Assembly (NCBI RefSeq): GCF_001194135.2
Contig: NC_068984.1
Coordinates: 88,654,757-88,704,044 of the forward strand
From: Octopus bimaculoides
Taxonomy: Eukaryota
DNA length: 49,288 bases
Direction of reading: 5' to 3'
Positions 21,966 to 34,284 of this stretch are shown here, piece after piece (position 1 is the first letter of the stretch; every line of letters begins with the position of its first letter). The translations under genes were made by a program, and so were the position numbers. The notes under the pieces were generated by a model, which was not told the origin of the DNA, searched no databases, and saw only the letters and a list, made by a program, of their open reading frames with translations.

Positions 21966-22229
21966 TGCCATAAACCGGCCATCCCCATTTTTAATATATA
22001 TATANNNNNNNNNNNNNNNNNNNNNNNNNNNNNNNNNNNNNNNNNNNNNNNNNNNNNNNNNNNNNNNNNNNNNNNNNNNNNNNNNNNNNNNNNNNNNNNN
22101 NNNNNNNNNNNNNNNNNNNNNNNNNNNNNNNNNNNNNNNTATATATATATATATATTTATATATACATATTTACAATGCCAAGTATTACAGCCTTTTTTC
22201 TGAATGAATATAACATAGTAAGAAACAAA

Positions 22230-22640
22230 CAGTCCAGTATGGATAAAACTAATTGAAGAAAAATACATTGGAAAATAAATGATAATAAATGTATAGCTTT
22301 CGTTTGAATAGTCATATATATATTGTGGCATATTACGACTGAGCAGATCGTCGAGCCAAACACTTATTAGTCTTACCATATTATCATATTAAATCTATGA
22401 AAAAGTCAATATCCAGGCATTTAACGAAGTAGCTGTTTGAACCAATTGACCTATTTACTTCTTTATTGTGACCTATTGTTCCCATTGTAAACGTTGCAAG
22501 CTTTAATTTTTCTTGTAATATAGTTGAGATTTTCTTCCGGGTCAAACCTTTGTAATACATTAAGTTTACCGTCCAAAGAAATCCTCTCTGAATCCGCTTT
22601 TACTGTTGCTTCGACTTCCTTTTGATGCCTCGAATAAGGG
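22230..22640 (-). mobile_element. Tigger/pogo transposase N-terminal (CENP-B-type HTH) remnant
   Basis: RISLDGKLNVLQRFDPEENLNYITRKI, TMGTIGHNKE and MVRLISVWLDDLLSRNMP match the pogo/Tigger N-terminal pattern. Confidence 0.6.
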
Positions 22641-22799
22641 TAAAGATCATGCATTATATATACTGTATCTGTTGCACTATACTCACGGAATGTCCATGGA
22701 AATTAGATCCAATAGCAGCGGCAATAGACAAGAAACATACATGTACGTAGCCACACACATGTGTATATATGTGTGTGTGCGTATGTGTGTGTGTGCGAG

Positions 22800-22980
22800 T
22801 GTGTTTGTTTGTGTCTATGCTCGACCTCCACCATCGCTTGACAACCAGTGCTGGTGTGTTTATGCCCTCGTAACTAAAAAACAAATAAGTACTGGGGTCA
22901 ATTCATTTGATTAACAATTCTTGAAGACGGTGCCCCAGCATGGCTGCAGTCTAATGACTGAAACAAGTAAGAGATAAAAG
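22800..22980 (+). mobile_element. SINE family 1, 3' half
   Basis: CATCGCTTGACAACCAGTGCTGGTGTG..GACTGAAACAAGTAAGAG. Confidence 0.8.
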
Positions 22981-23030
22981 ATTATATATATATATATGTG
23001 TGTGCACATACATACGTGTGTGTGTGTGTA

Positions 23031-23196
23031 CAGGGTCGGCTCTAGGATTGCTGGCGCCCCATGCAAGTTGAACTTCGGCGTGTACAAGCTGACGGTCGTG
23101 GAAATGTCCTTGTCTTTGTCATGCCCTCCTTGGCGCCCCCTAGTACATGGCGCTCCGGGCTACTTCCCGAATTGCCGGTACCCTGAGCTTGCCCTG
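23031..23196. mobile_element. GC-rich hAT-like MITE inserted in (TG)n
   Basis: Ends CAGGGTCGGCTCTAGG and CCTGAGCTTGCCCTG. Flanks TGTGTGTA and TGTGTGTG match 7/8. Confidence 0.7.
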
Positions 23197-23971
23197 TGTG
23201 TGTGTGTGTGTGTGTGTTTATATGTCTAGATAAATATATAAATACATACATACACATGCAAACGAAAATAAAAAGTGCTCAATATATAAAGCATTACATG
23301 GCAATCATGTGGGGCTGAGTTCGATACCACTGCGTGCAACTTTCCGAAAGAAATTTCTATCCAAGTCTTGAGATGACCCAAACTTTTAAAGTGAAATTGG
23401 GTAGAGATTAACTCAAAGCACCCCTGGCTGTCTTGAACGCACTTTATGTTGTGGGGAAACATTGGAATCGAGTCTCCGGTCTATTAATAACTCAATATCT
23501 AGAAGTCCTGTTTCCTTCTGTATCAAACAACAAATCGCGGGTATTCCCCACACCCTAAGTCTCGGAGGGCCGGTATAAAGTTTATGGCACTACCCTTCCT
23601 TCTCTGACAAAGCCATATCAAATGACTTCCTTTGTTAATAATCATCTCTCTACATCTCTTATTCCTTCGTTCCTTCCACCACCACTTTCATTTTTCTACT
23701 GTATTTTCTACTTCGTTTTTGATATAATTTTTCCACTAGAAATTATTTCATAGAAATCTTCACTTTGCAAAATTCTTTTGTTAGAAGTTTGGTAGAAAAT
23801 ACCACAGAAAATAAGAGTTAATCAAAGAAAATTGTGTTATTGTAATTGACGCGGGCGGGGCAACATCTCATGCTTATGAAAGTTTAAATAATAATAACTA
23901 TAGAATGCATTATATTTTCCTAAATCTGTATAACAAATATAAAATATATCGCAATTTATTCTCTATTTCAG

Positions 23972-24012
23972 CTTCAGTGGCTGCTAAAATAAATGGACTA
24001 ACAAGTTTACCA
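23972..24012 (+). CDS. Candidate 41-nt exon of an unknown gene
   Basis: TTTATTCTCTATTTCAG| CT-SVAAKINGLTSLP |GTAAGA. Phase 1 start is compatible with the phase 1 end of 16489-16612. Confidence 0.3.
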
Positions 24013-24349
24013 GTAAGAAACACATTCATATAGAAATCTATGTGAATAGAATTATAAACATGAAAAGTAAACAATAATGTTTGTTTCTGACAATATTGAA
24101 AAGAAATTCGTCTTTGCTTAGCTAATTTCTCCACAACCTTTTAATTACACATTAAGCAGAAAAATCCTTATTTTTATTGCTGAGATGGTTGCAGGAGGGG
24201 GTAAGGCCTACTAGGTGAAAAGTTTTAGAACTCATGAGTGCATTTATCCTCTGACTGACAGCTGTTGTCTTTCCAAATACAGTGTGTTTAGTTTGTAAAC
24301 AGAAGGAAAAGCAATCTATTAAAACATCCCACCCATTCAACCACACTCT

Positions 24350-24720
24350 CTACCACAGTTCGCCGCCATCATTACCATCACCATCACCATCACCACTACC
24401 AGCGCTCTACCGCTGCTATCTTCGGCATCAATACCATCACCCTACCAGTACTAATACCACCACCATCATCTCTACCACCAACATTATCAGTATTACAAGT
24501 ACTATATATATATATATATATATATAGTACCACCACTATTACCAAGCTCATCATCACTATCACTACCATCACAACCGCTAGCCATTCCTCACCACCACCA
24601 CCACTACCACTACCACCACCATCATCATCATCATCTATACTATCCGCCCCCAATCACTCCCTCTTCCCCGTCGCTGCCATCTCCACTACAACACTATTTT
24701 CCTCCTCCTCACTATAACAG
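24350..24720. repeat. Degenerate (CAC/CAT/TAC)n trinucleotide region with embedded (TA)n
   Basis: Direct reading. Confidence 0.9.
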
Positions 24721-24787
24721 AAAAGTTAAACAAAGACAGACATAACGAACAGTAACAAATATACAGACTTGACTGGGGGTGGGCTGA

Positions 24788-24832
<45 letters not shown>

Positions 24833-25195
24833 CGCGTGTGTGGTGGGAATGACGATGGTGTTCTTACTGTTAAAAGTTGTGGTGGTAGGAGGTTATGCCG
24901 GTGTTGTTATTTAGCCCGACGTCAGTTCGGATCGAACAGTGTTCTGTGATGAAACAGTATCAAGTTATTATTATCCTGCCCCACCAACGTTTTTCTTGTT
25001 TTTTGTTTTTTTTTGTCAGGCACAATTTACCATGGACTACACTAAACAATGTGCTGTACAACTTCTAAAAAACAGAAAGGAGGCTGTGATATGATGGAGA
25101 TCTGATTGCTGTTTCTAACAGGTCTCGTGACTACGTAGAAGGTCTTTGGTTTGATGACCGTAGCAATAGTGTAGCTGTTGATGACGACGACGACA

Positions 25196-25196
<1 letters not shown>

Positions 25197-25260
<64 letters not shown>
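25197..25260. repeat. (GAT)n microsatellite
   Basis: Direct reading. Confidence 0.97.
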
Positions 25261-25275
<15 letters not shown>

Positions 25276-25339
25276 GTTGTATTTCTTTCTTTGAAGATGT
25301 GTTGTAGTTGGTGGTGGCCAGTAATAGTGTTGTTGTTGC

Positions 25340-25545
25340 TTAACTCTAGGCTACAACTGTTTGAACAGACCTACGATCAAAGGCGTACCAGCCATGACCA
25401 TCCCGTATTTCATTAGAACTACATCATTTAATGTGTCCTTCGGGCCCCCACTTTTTTTTTTAACTAAGTAGGGTATGATTCAAAGGAGATTTGTCTGTTT
25501 TTTCTAGCAGGTCGACTGACCACGTTGAGGCTCCATCGTTAGGTC
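25340..25545 (+). repeat. Unclassified dispersed repeat
   Basis: CAGACCTACGATCAAAGGC..CCAGCCATGACCATCC..TAGGGTATGATT..TTTCTAGCAGG. Diverged copies at about 9200-9390, 10710-10850 and 42340-42450. Confidence 0.55.
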
Positions 25546-27493
25546 GCGGATGTTGTTCGTGATGATGTTGATGTCGATGATTAGCAACGGTGATAATAAT
25601 AAAAAAATGTTTTGTTGAGTATGATGGTAACGGCGGTAGTGAAAATAACGATTGAGACGATGGTGGCGCTATTGTCGATGGTGAAAGCCGTAATGATGAT
25701 GTTGACGATGATGTCACGCATTGTTCTTGTTCAGGTCAACCTTGATCAGGTACATCTATAATCAGATGCACTCCACCTTAGATAATGCATTCTTTCACCG
25801 AGACAGTGGAATCTATGACTTTATCTTCGGTAGGGTGTGAGTTGAAGGAAACATGTGTGCTATGTCAGTTGGAGTACCTATGAAGTCTTTGACTCCCGAT
25901 ATTGTTGGTCGTTGATGGTGGAGATAGTGTAAGAGAAATGTAGATGTAGAGTGAAGGAAATAGGAAATATTGAATGAAATTCACAGAAATTAGGGCAAAC
26001 GGAAGAAAAATAAACGAAGGAAAACTGAATGAAGTCATTTCCGCAAATGAAATCGAAGAAATAGGAAGTGAACGAGGAATTGTACTTTGATATGAGAGAG
26101 ATTAGGAGAATGTCATAAAAAAAAAAAAGGAAAGCAAATTCTTCTTGTGAAGACAATTGAATGAAGGGATGTCCATCGATCAAACTAGATATGAATCATA
26201 TTGATAGAACTTAAATATGTTTCTAATGTTGATGTAAAAACAGAAATTGGTCTAGTCTGATATTTTATCTTTGATATTGAGAAATATCTATATTCCTTTC
26301 AACAACATGGATGTTCTTGTTGGCAAACTGACATTATCAGGATGAAATTTCAATGGCAATATTTTCACTCTCCTCACGAGTACTGCTCCAGCCTTTCCTT
26401 CCACCATCACTAAACAAATATTGAAATATATCTGTCAGCAACTGCAAAAACAAGGTAAATTTCATCATTCCCCCGCTGGATAGAGTTAAAGGAAGTATGA
26501 AGGGTGGGTGTGCAAAGGAAGGGCTAAACATTTTAGTTCAAAGTGTTTTCGGTTCTCATTCATAACAGATGTTAATAAATGTTCTTGACAAACAGTTTAA
26601 CCAGAAGAGATTTCTGTTGTTAGATTGTTAGAAAAGTAACTTTGCAACTCCTCATGTTNNNNNNNNNNNNNNNNNNNNNNNNNNNNNNNNNNNNNNNNNN
26701 NNNNNNNNNNNNNNNNNNNNNNNNNNNNNNNNNNNNNNNNNNNNNNNNNNNNNNNNNNNNNNNNNNNNNNNNNNNNNNNNNNNNNNNNNNNNNNNNNNNN
26801 NNNNNNNNNNNNNNNNNNNNNNNNNNNNNNNNNNNNNNNNNNNNNNNNNNNNNNNNNNNNNNNNNNNNNNNNNNNNNNNNNNNNNNNNNNNNNNNNNNNN
26901 NNNNNNNNNNNNNNNNNNNNNNNNNNNNNNNNNNNNNNNNNNNNNNNNNNNNNNNNNNNNNNNNNNNNNNNNNNNNNNNNNNNNNNNNNNNNNNNNNNNN
27001 NNNNNNNNNNNNNNNNNNNNNNNNNNNNNNNNNNNNNNNNNNNNNNNNNNNNNNNNNNNNNNNNNNNNNNNNNNNNNNNNNNNNNNNNNNNNNNNNNNNN
27101 NNNNNNNNNNNNNNNNNNNNNNNNNNNNNNNNNNNNNNNNNNNNNNNNNNNNNNNNNNNNNNNNNNNNNNNNNNNNNNNNNNNNNNNNNNNNNNNNNNNN
27201 NNNNNNNNNNNNNNNNNNNNNNNNNNNNNNNNNNNNNNNNNNNNNNNNNNNNNNNNNNNNNNNNNNNNNNNNNNNNNNNNNNNNNNNNNNNNNNNNNNNN
27301 NNNNNNNNNNNNNNNNNNNNNNNNNNNNNNNNNNNNNNNNNNNNNNNNNNNNNNNNNNNNNNNNNNNNNNNNNNNNNNNNNNNNNNNNNNNNNNNNNNNN
27401 NTACACCAATACAAGATACCCCACTACACCTTACGAAACCTCACAAAAACCTTTTACACAGCTCACATTCAAATTATTACCACTACACAGTTA

Positions 27494-27712
27494 AGGCGGC
27501 GAGCTAGCAGAATCGTTAGCACGCCGGGAAAAATGCTTAGCGGCATATCGTCCTTCTTTATGTTTTTATTTCAAATTCCGCCGAGGACGACTTTGCCTTT
27601 CATCCTTTCGGTGTCGATAAAATAAATATCAGTTGAGCACTGGGATCGATGTAACCGACTTACCACTTCCCCCAGGATTGCTGACTTTGTGTCAGAATTC
27701 GAAATAAGTATT
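27494..27712 (+). mobile_element. SINE family 3, full length
   Basis: GGCGGCGAGCTAGCAGAATCGTTAGCACGCCGGG..TTCAAATTCCGCCGAGG..GTCGATAAA..GATGTAACCGACT. Confidence 0.88.
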
Positions 27713-27908
27713 ACTAATACAAAACGCTAGCAAACAGGTCTACAGCACGACATTCTACCAACAATTTTACCCCCAATAAACTGTGAAAACCCTTACAGTA
27801 CACATTTCACAAATGCCGCTACATCATACTCAGCCACTTCATATGCTATGCTACACAGTCACAAAAAGTTCACAATAAACTCTATCAACACCTCGACCAC
27901 ACTATACT

Positions 27909-28292
27909 GTTGTTGGCACTCCGTCGCTTACGACGACAAGGGTTCCAGTTGATCCGATCAACGGAATAGCCTGCTCGTGAAATTAACGTGCAAGTGGCTG
28001 AGCACTCCACAGACACGTGTACCCTTAACGTAGTTCTCAGGGATATTCAGCGTAACACAGTGTGATACGGCTGACCCTTTGAATTACAGGCACAACAGAA
28101 ACAGGAAGAAAGAGGGAGAGAAAGTTGTGGTGAAAGAGTACAGCAGGGTTCACCACCATCCCCTGCTGGAGCCCCGTGGAGCTTTAGGTGTTTTCGCCCA
28201 ATAAACACTCACAACGCCCGGTCTGGGAATCGAAACCGCGATCCTATGACCGCGAGTCCGCTGCCCTAACCACTAGGCCATTGCGTCTCCAC
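27909..28292 (-). mobile_element. SINE family 2, near full length
   Basis: Minus-strand head GGAGACGCAATGGCCTAGTGGTTAGGGCAGCGGAC..GGTTTCGATTCCC, (CAA)n tail. Confidence 0.9.
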
Positions 28293-28384
28293 ACACTATA
28301 CTGTATCATCTCAAGTACAGGAGTCGATGTAATCGACTATCTCCCTCCCCAAATTTCAGGCCTTGTGCCTATAATAGAAAGGAT

Positions 28385-29290
28385 TATCCTGATGGAAGTA
28401 CACCTTTCGTCTTGAAGCCAAAGATGATCGTTTTCCTTCTAGCGCTGACTAAAGCCGCTCAAGCTGCTCGCAGTAGATCTCCTTTGTTATCGTTTGGTTT
28501 GGGTTTAAAAGTTCAAAGTGGACTAAACCTTTCATATCCCACCAGACAGATAACAACACCTTACATGGGTGAAGATCTTCTTTAGCCTGGGGTGCCGGTG
28601 TTTCTCCTTTCCTTACCTACTGTCTTCGGCGCTTGACATTTTTATAGGGAACCCATTTCTCGGTACCAGTCTCTATTCGGTTCAAAAAAGGTTCATTTGC
28701 GAGACGTGATAGCAAAGAAGAGCATACATTTACTTTGCGCGCGATTAGAGGAACTCATTGACCCAATTTGCTGACTTTTCCGACGGCGTACAAGTGTTGA
28801 TGAATGGTTGAATGACAAAATCCAAGCTACTCTGCTAGTTCTTCAACAGTTACGATGGGATTGTGTTCCACCAGGGTTTGCAGGACGTCCTCGTCGAGCT
28901 ATGCAGATCTTCCAGGACGAGGCTCGTCTTCTAGGCTATAGTTTCTGGCTCGGAATTTCCGGAACCACCATTGTCTGTCTCTGGCTTACGTTTATTGTCC
29001 GATCCCCATATACTGCATTAATATTCCTCGCACTTTCCGTTGCGTTGTTGCTTTTATTGAACTCATAAAGCAAAATATGCCGAATATGCGCCTTTGTCAC
29101 TTCCATTATAGCTTTGAAAAAAATAACTGTTAAAATCGAACTGCACTCTTCAAAACTTGCACTAAGAATAAGGACAAGGTAAAATTACTACCTGCTTTTA
29201 TAGTAAGTTGGTGCAGGTAGTTTATCCTGTCCTCCTCCAACATTTAATTCATGCAATTGAAAAAACCGCATTATTTATGGGGTGACCCAA
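28385..29290 (-). mobile_element. Mariner element, 5' TIR plus decayed transposase, truncated after HQDN by a SINE
   Basis: TA followed by TTGGGTCACCCCATAAATAATGCGG. MEVTKAHIRHILLYEF, LEDEPRPGR, NRIETGTEKWVPY, KVLLSVWWDMKGLVHFELL, VYFHQDN, with several stops. Confidence 0.9.
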
Positions 29291-29308
29291 TACATACATG
29301 CATACATA

Positions 29309-29361
<53 letters not shown>

Positions 29362-29599
29362 CTCACACACACACCCACACACACCCACACACACATACAC
29401 ACACACATATATATATATCAATAACCCCGAAACAGGAACATTTTCAACAGACCAATTCTTTAATAAGTATTTCTAGCGAGAAACTAGAATTCAAAGGACA
29501 CTCACTAACAACAGTAAATCCATGAATGGGAAGTAATAGGGTTCGGCCAATTATTCTCTACGGATATAGCCATCAGCATAGTCAGAAAGTTTTTATTGT

Positions 29600-30035
29600 T
29601 TCTATGATAATTTCACCACGGCACATAAATGCATTTCACTTGTAACACTATTAATATTAGCTATACTTGCCTCAATAACATTGCTTCTCAGATCTCTTAC
29701 TTCAATCTATGACATACATCCAGGTATTCCATTACCTGACAACGAAAATGAACCCCAGTAACCTTTCAATATGCTCGTAGATCTGAAGTGCCTTTATTAT
29801 CTTGAACATCGTGAAAGAAGATATAACCCCATATCACAACGGGGTACGAAAGTGTAAGTTTTACTTGACTGAGACATTCCAGTTTCTGAAACAAACAACG
29901 GTATCATTGAACCTGGTGTCTGAGACACTATCTGTCTGCCATTACCGGAGACCATTTCTTTTGAACAACATCTACCAGTCTGAAATACCCGTGGCATCAA
30001 CCTGAATGAGTGCACGTGACACGAAACTCTGAGTA
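29600..30035 (+). mobile_element. PLE GIY-YIG endonuclease C-terminal remnant with a downstream decayed HHR core
   Basis: PYHNGVRKCKFYLTE..LNLVSETLSVCHYRRPFLL parallels the 20090-20300 C-terminus. CTGAATGA-GTG..CAC-GAAA-CTC(T)GAG-TA at 30002-30035. Confidence 0.7.
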
Positions 30036-31164
30036 TCAACAAAGAGAACCATCGAAACTGATTCTTAATAAGTATCAACTCTACATCATGTATGGAATGG
30101 TTTTTCTTAAGTATTTAAACAAAAACGTTTACGTATGCGTTATACATACATACATACATACATACATACATACATACATACACATACACATACATACATA
30201 CATACATACATATATACATACGTGTATGCATGCATACATAAATACATACACACATATATGTGTTTGCGTGCGTGCAAGTGTGTATGTGTGTGTGTTCCTA
30301 AGTAGTTGTGTTATGTACTGCTGTATGCGCACGTGGACGTATGTATTTGCATATATAACAACTGCGGTGTACGGCAGTTGTTATATATGTATGGGGAACA
30401 AGGTTTTGGATAAATACGCAATCTGTACAAATGTGTGAATGTGTTATTGTTGATATTTATGTAAATGTTATTATAGATTTGTTTATCTGGTATAAGAAGT
30501 GAGAAATGTTGAGATAAACTAAATGTCAAATAATCTTTGTAGAAAGCCTCTCTGAAAGACCGTTTTTCATATGTAACGTAACAACAGTTCAAAAGACATG
30601 TTATACTTTGGGAATTACCTTTAGAGGTGGTGGTGGTGGGACTACTCTGTAAAGAGTTGCTCAACAATTTGTTTAATGGCTTTAACAGTGGAAATTGTAT
30701 CACTTTAAATGATTTCCAACAGCTTGCAGAGTAGTTACTATCTCTATCAGCCAAGTCGGGTTCAACTTCTATGAGAATAGATACTCAGCATACTTTGGCT
30801 AAAGAAGATGGAAAAAAACAGCTGGATATTTTTTGAATGTCTACTATTTGTACTTAGCTATGATTGTTGTTTGGATATTTCGTTACTGGTGCCAAGGAAC
30901 CATTTTGATTTTGTTTGGTAGTTTATATACACATACCAGCTCGCGCGTGCGCGCATACAAACTCATACACACATATACACACGCATACAAGTGTTGTTAT
31001 AATTATTTATGCTATCTTGTAATGGTTGGTTATGAAAATTAGGATATTTATCTTTGAAAATTTAGTGTATGATATCTTGTTTGACGCCAACCGCTGCAAT
31101 ATGTAATGAAAATGCTATCTATTTTTCAATAGCAGAAACAGAAAATTTGAATTATATTGATGTA

Positions 31165-32008
31165 TGAAGATAGGCTGAAATGTTCATAGAATGACTATGA
31201 AGGAGTGACGCTAGAGCTGCGAAATCTTTCATGCAATAATTTCATTTCTTCTTTTCAATAACTGCATTGCTTTTTTGTAGGTAAACCCACATCTGACTGT
31301 TCAAAGAAAGCTCCAAAAGTAACTAGTAGCAACCTCTCTTGAAAACCGACAAAATTTCGTGGTGTTATTAAGTACCTGCAGAAAAGGGTTTAGCCCCCAA
31401 GGACGTTCATGCTGACATGGTTGCTACATTAGGGGATGACGTTCAGCTCTATCAACAAAGCAAAAGTGGGAAGATGACTTTAGGAGGGGAGGGAGAATCT
31501 TGAAGATAACTCAAGGTCTGGACATCATGAAACTGCCACCACCAAGGAAAACATTGATCGTGTTCACCACTTGGTGATGGGTGACAGGCGATTAACTATA
31601 AATCAAATAGTCAATGCTATTGGCATATCATGTGAGAGAGTTGAAAATATTTTTCATAATGAACTTGGCAAGACGAAAGCTTCTGCTCAGGACAATGCTC
31701 CAAGTTCTTGGTTCAACGGTTGGCTTTGAACTGATTATCCACCCCGCTATTCTCCTGATTTGGCCCCGTCTAACTTTCATTTGTTGCTCAATATGTAAAA
31801 CCACTTGACTGGGAACCAGTCATATTTGCTGTCGATACATTTTAACCAACAGGATGCAAGTTTCTTTACTGATGGGATCCAAGTACTGTAACACCGATGG
31901 AGGAAGTGTGTTGACCGCAAGGGGGACTACGTTGAAAAATAAACCTCTTTTGGTCACATTTCATGAGAGTATCTTGGTCACCTTATGAACTTTTCAACTG
32001 ACCCCCCG
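31165..32008 (+). mobile_element. Internally deleted mariner with both TIRs
   Basis: Left TGAAGATAGGCTGAAATGTTCATA, right TATGAACTTTTCAACTGACCCC. HTH region RVHHLVMGDRRLTINQIVNAIGIS joins QDNAP, YSPDLAPSNFHL and RWRKCVDRKGDYVEK*. Confidence 0.85.
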
Positions 32009-33112
32009 TTTGCTAATGTGTCACAAAAATCTTTTCATTTCCCTGTGTCACACCATCACGCTTCACTTTTTGTGTATATATTTTTACTGAATTGTTTACT
32101 GCTTCTTCAGACCACTTGTATCTTTGTATCTATTGTTCATGTAGTTAAACTCCAGTGAAGCTGTGTATTTGTCTAAAAGTAGAACACTACAAAGTATTTG
32201 AACACTAGAGCTCTAATTCAATTAACTGTAGCAAGTCAAAAAAGTTATAGAGGAGAGTACGCGGTGTTTGGACGGCAAGCTGCGCTTTATGATTCTTTGT
32301 TTGACACTCGTAATGTTATACAATTATATAAAAAGAATTACATTTTCTATTATAATTATTAGGTGCGACTCTATTGATAACAACGATTTCGACTCTTTCT
32401 TACCCACTTACTCTTTTTCTCGAGCAAATTTTTATATATGATGTTTTTTTTCTAATGTGTTCGATAATCGTCAAATTATTGTCTTTGTGACGTGTATCGA
32501 TTTATGATGGGCAACATCTAATAACGCTTTATGCTTAAAGAAGGTTGCCTATGCCTGGTTTAGAGGAAATCTAGCAAAGACTACAATTTATTTTCACTTT
32601 CTAGTTGGAGTTATTTTCATTTACAACTACTTACTTTGGAAAAAGTACGAACAATTAATCTCCCTTTTCTTTCATTCCCTTAGTGACCAATCATCTTTAG
32701 AGGTATATTGCTGTTTAGAATTAAGCAATATGAAAATAAAGACGGTTCACTTTACCGTATAAGTGTATCGACTTAATATGGTCACTTGTAGCTAGTTTAT
32801 CAGTTTTAACCCGAAAAAATAAGCCGTAATTATAAAGCTTTTAGCATGCGTCCATTGATGCGAAAAGCCAAGTCGGATCCCTTGGTAAAACATGTTAATA
32901 CAGACAGTTCTTTTAATAGACATAGACAACTCACATGCATACATACGTACATACATACATACATAGACGCATACATACGCATATATACATACGTACATGC
33001 ATATATTCATACATACATATACAAACACAAATCACACACCTACACATATAAACACATATCACACACACGCGCGTACACACACACATATCACACACGCCCG
33101 CGCATGCACGTA

Positions 33113-33148
<36 letters not shown>

Positions 33149-33399
33149 CACACAACTTTACTTACTGTGTTTCTGGAATTTAGTACTATTTTTTAAAACA
33201 ACAATAGCGGGCCCCTCGTAGATATCATGCTTAGCACTCTTTGTAATAGGTGGCTATCATGTTCGGGTGGTTAACTATTACATTTTTATTACTGAACTGT
33301 GCTAGTTTCAGAACCGTACAACTTGGTTAGGATTAGCTAGAATATTCTGTATGAAGTGTGGTAGACAAGAATCAGTAGGGATGGTATGTATAAGTGGAA

Positions 33400-34150
33400 T
33401 GGTTAGATTCTTGAATAAAAATTTGAAGGAAAATGTTTTGAAGTTTGCTATTTCAGTGTAGCAGAAGCCGTTGAACAAAATATATTCATAATTTTTATCA
33501 TAATAATTTTGTATAATAATTTAGCTTCTTATTCAGCTTAAAGCTATTTTGCAAGTGCAATGTTGTTTTCTGAATAAACATTACTTTTTGACCTGCTTAG
33601 AATCATTCTTACAGATTCTGATGAAAAGGAATTCAATCTTCTTCGAGAGACTTGTTTGAGAGTTGGTATTGCTTTCATTTTGTTACTGAATTTGTTAATG
33701 TTAGAGGGAGTTTTTGGCTGTAAAGTCTGATTTTGTAGAACGGTCCAGTCCTAATAGATATAGAAAAAAGACGAGAAATTAAATTAGACTGTTGTTTTGT
33801 CCTTATTGGTTTATGGAATTACTTTGAACTTTTTCTTCATGCAGAAGTTTAATGGGTGAATAGTTTAAGTGCTAAGTTAGCAACTGTAATTAAGTAAAAC
33901 ATGTCAGAAGTTACATCTGTCTGCAGTGGTAGCACTGTGAAATTGACGAGTGCTTTGTAAGCTTGTCCTAGATAATACTATGAAAAAACAAAGTCTGTAG
34001 TGATATCCCTACATAGCCTAATGAGATCCTTTTCTCTCAAAATCATAAATAAGAACTCACAGTTCTTCGAATTTGTTCATTAGTAAAAATGGTATTTAAA
34101 TTACCCGAAAGTTTTGTATTCAATCAGACAATAGTATGCTCGAGTGCAAC
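33400..34150 (-). mobile_element. Possible very decayed PLE RT/thumb remnant
   Basis: Scattered minus-strand resemblances only (LNYSPIKLLHEE, KAIP..RRLNSFSSE, VYSENNIALAK). Confidence 0.3.
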
Positions 34151-34284
34151 TAATTCCAGACAAGTTCGAGAGGGAAAATCTCCTGAACGTTACAGATAAA
34201 AGAACATTTATTTTATTTTATTCAAAGTTTATTGCTCTTGATAATATTTGCATGCAAATGGTACTGTTACTATTGTAAAAATTA

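Larger units (their letters stand above)
19596..21997 (-). mobile_element. 5'-truncated Penelope-like element (RT-linker-GIY-YIG, probably Naiad-type) with 3' UTR/pLTR and inverted 5' end
   Basis: RT and EN motifs, downstream HHR, inverted repeat 19905-19937 vs 21965-21997. Both ends abut (TA)n or a gap next to (TA)n. Confidence 0.88.

Noticed and set aside
21966-22379. N-terminal extension of the 430-aa RT ORF
   Set aside because: It joins a Tigger remnant, (TA)n, a gap and the inverted pLTR piece; it is not part of the RT.
26341-26454. Possible plus-strand exon ending AAG|GTAAAT
   Set aside because: The obvious acceptor gives stops in all frames, and alternative acceptors are weak.
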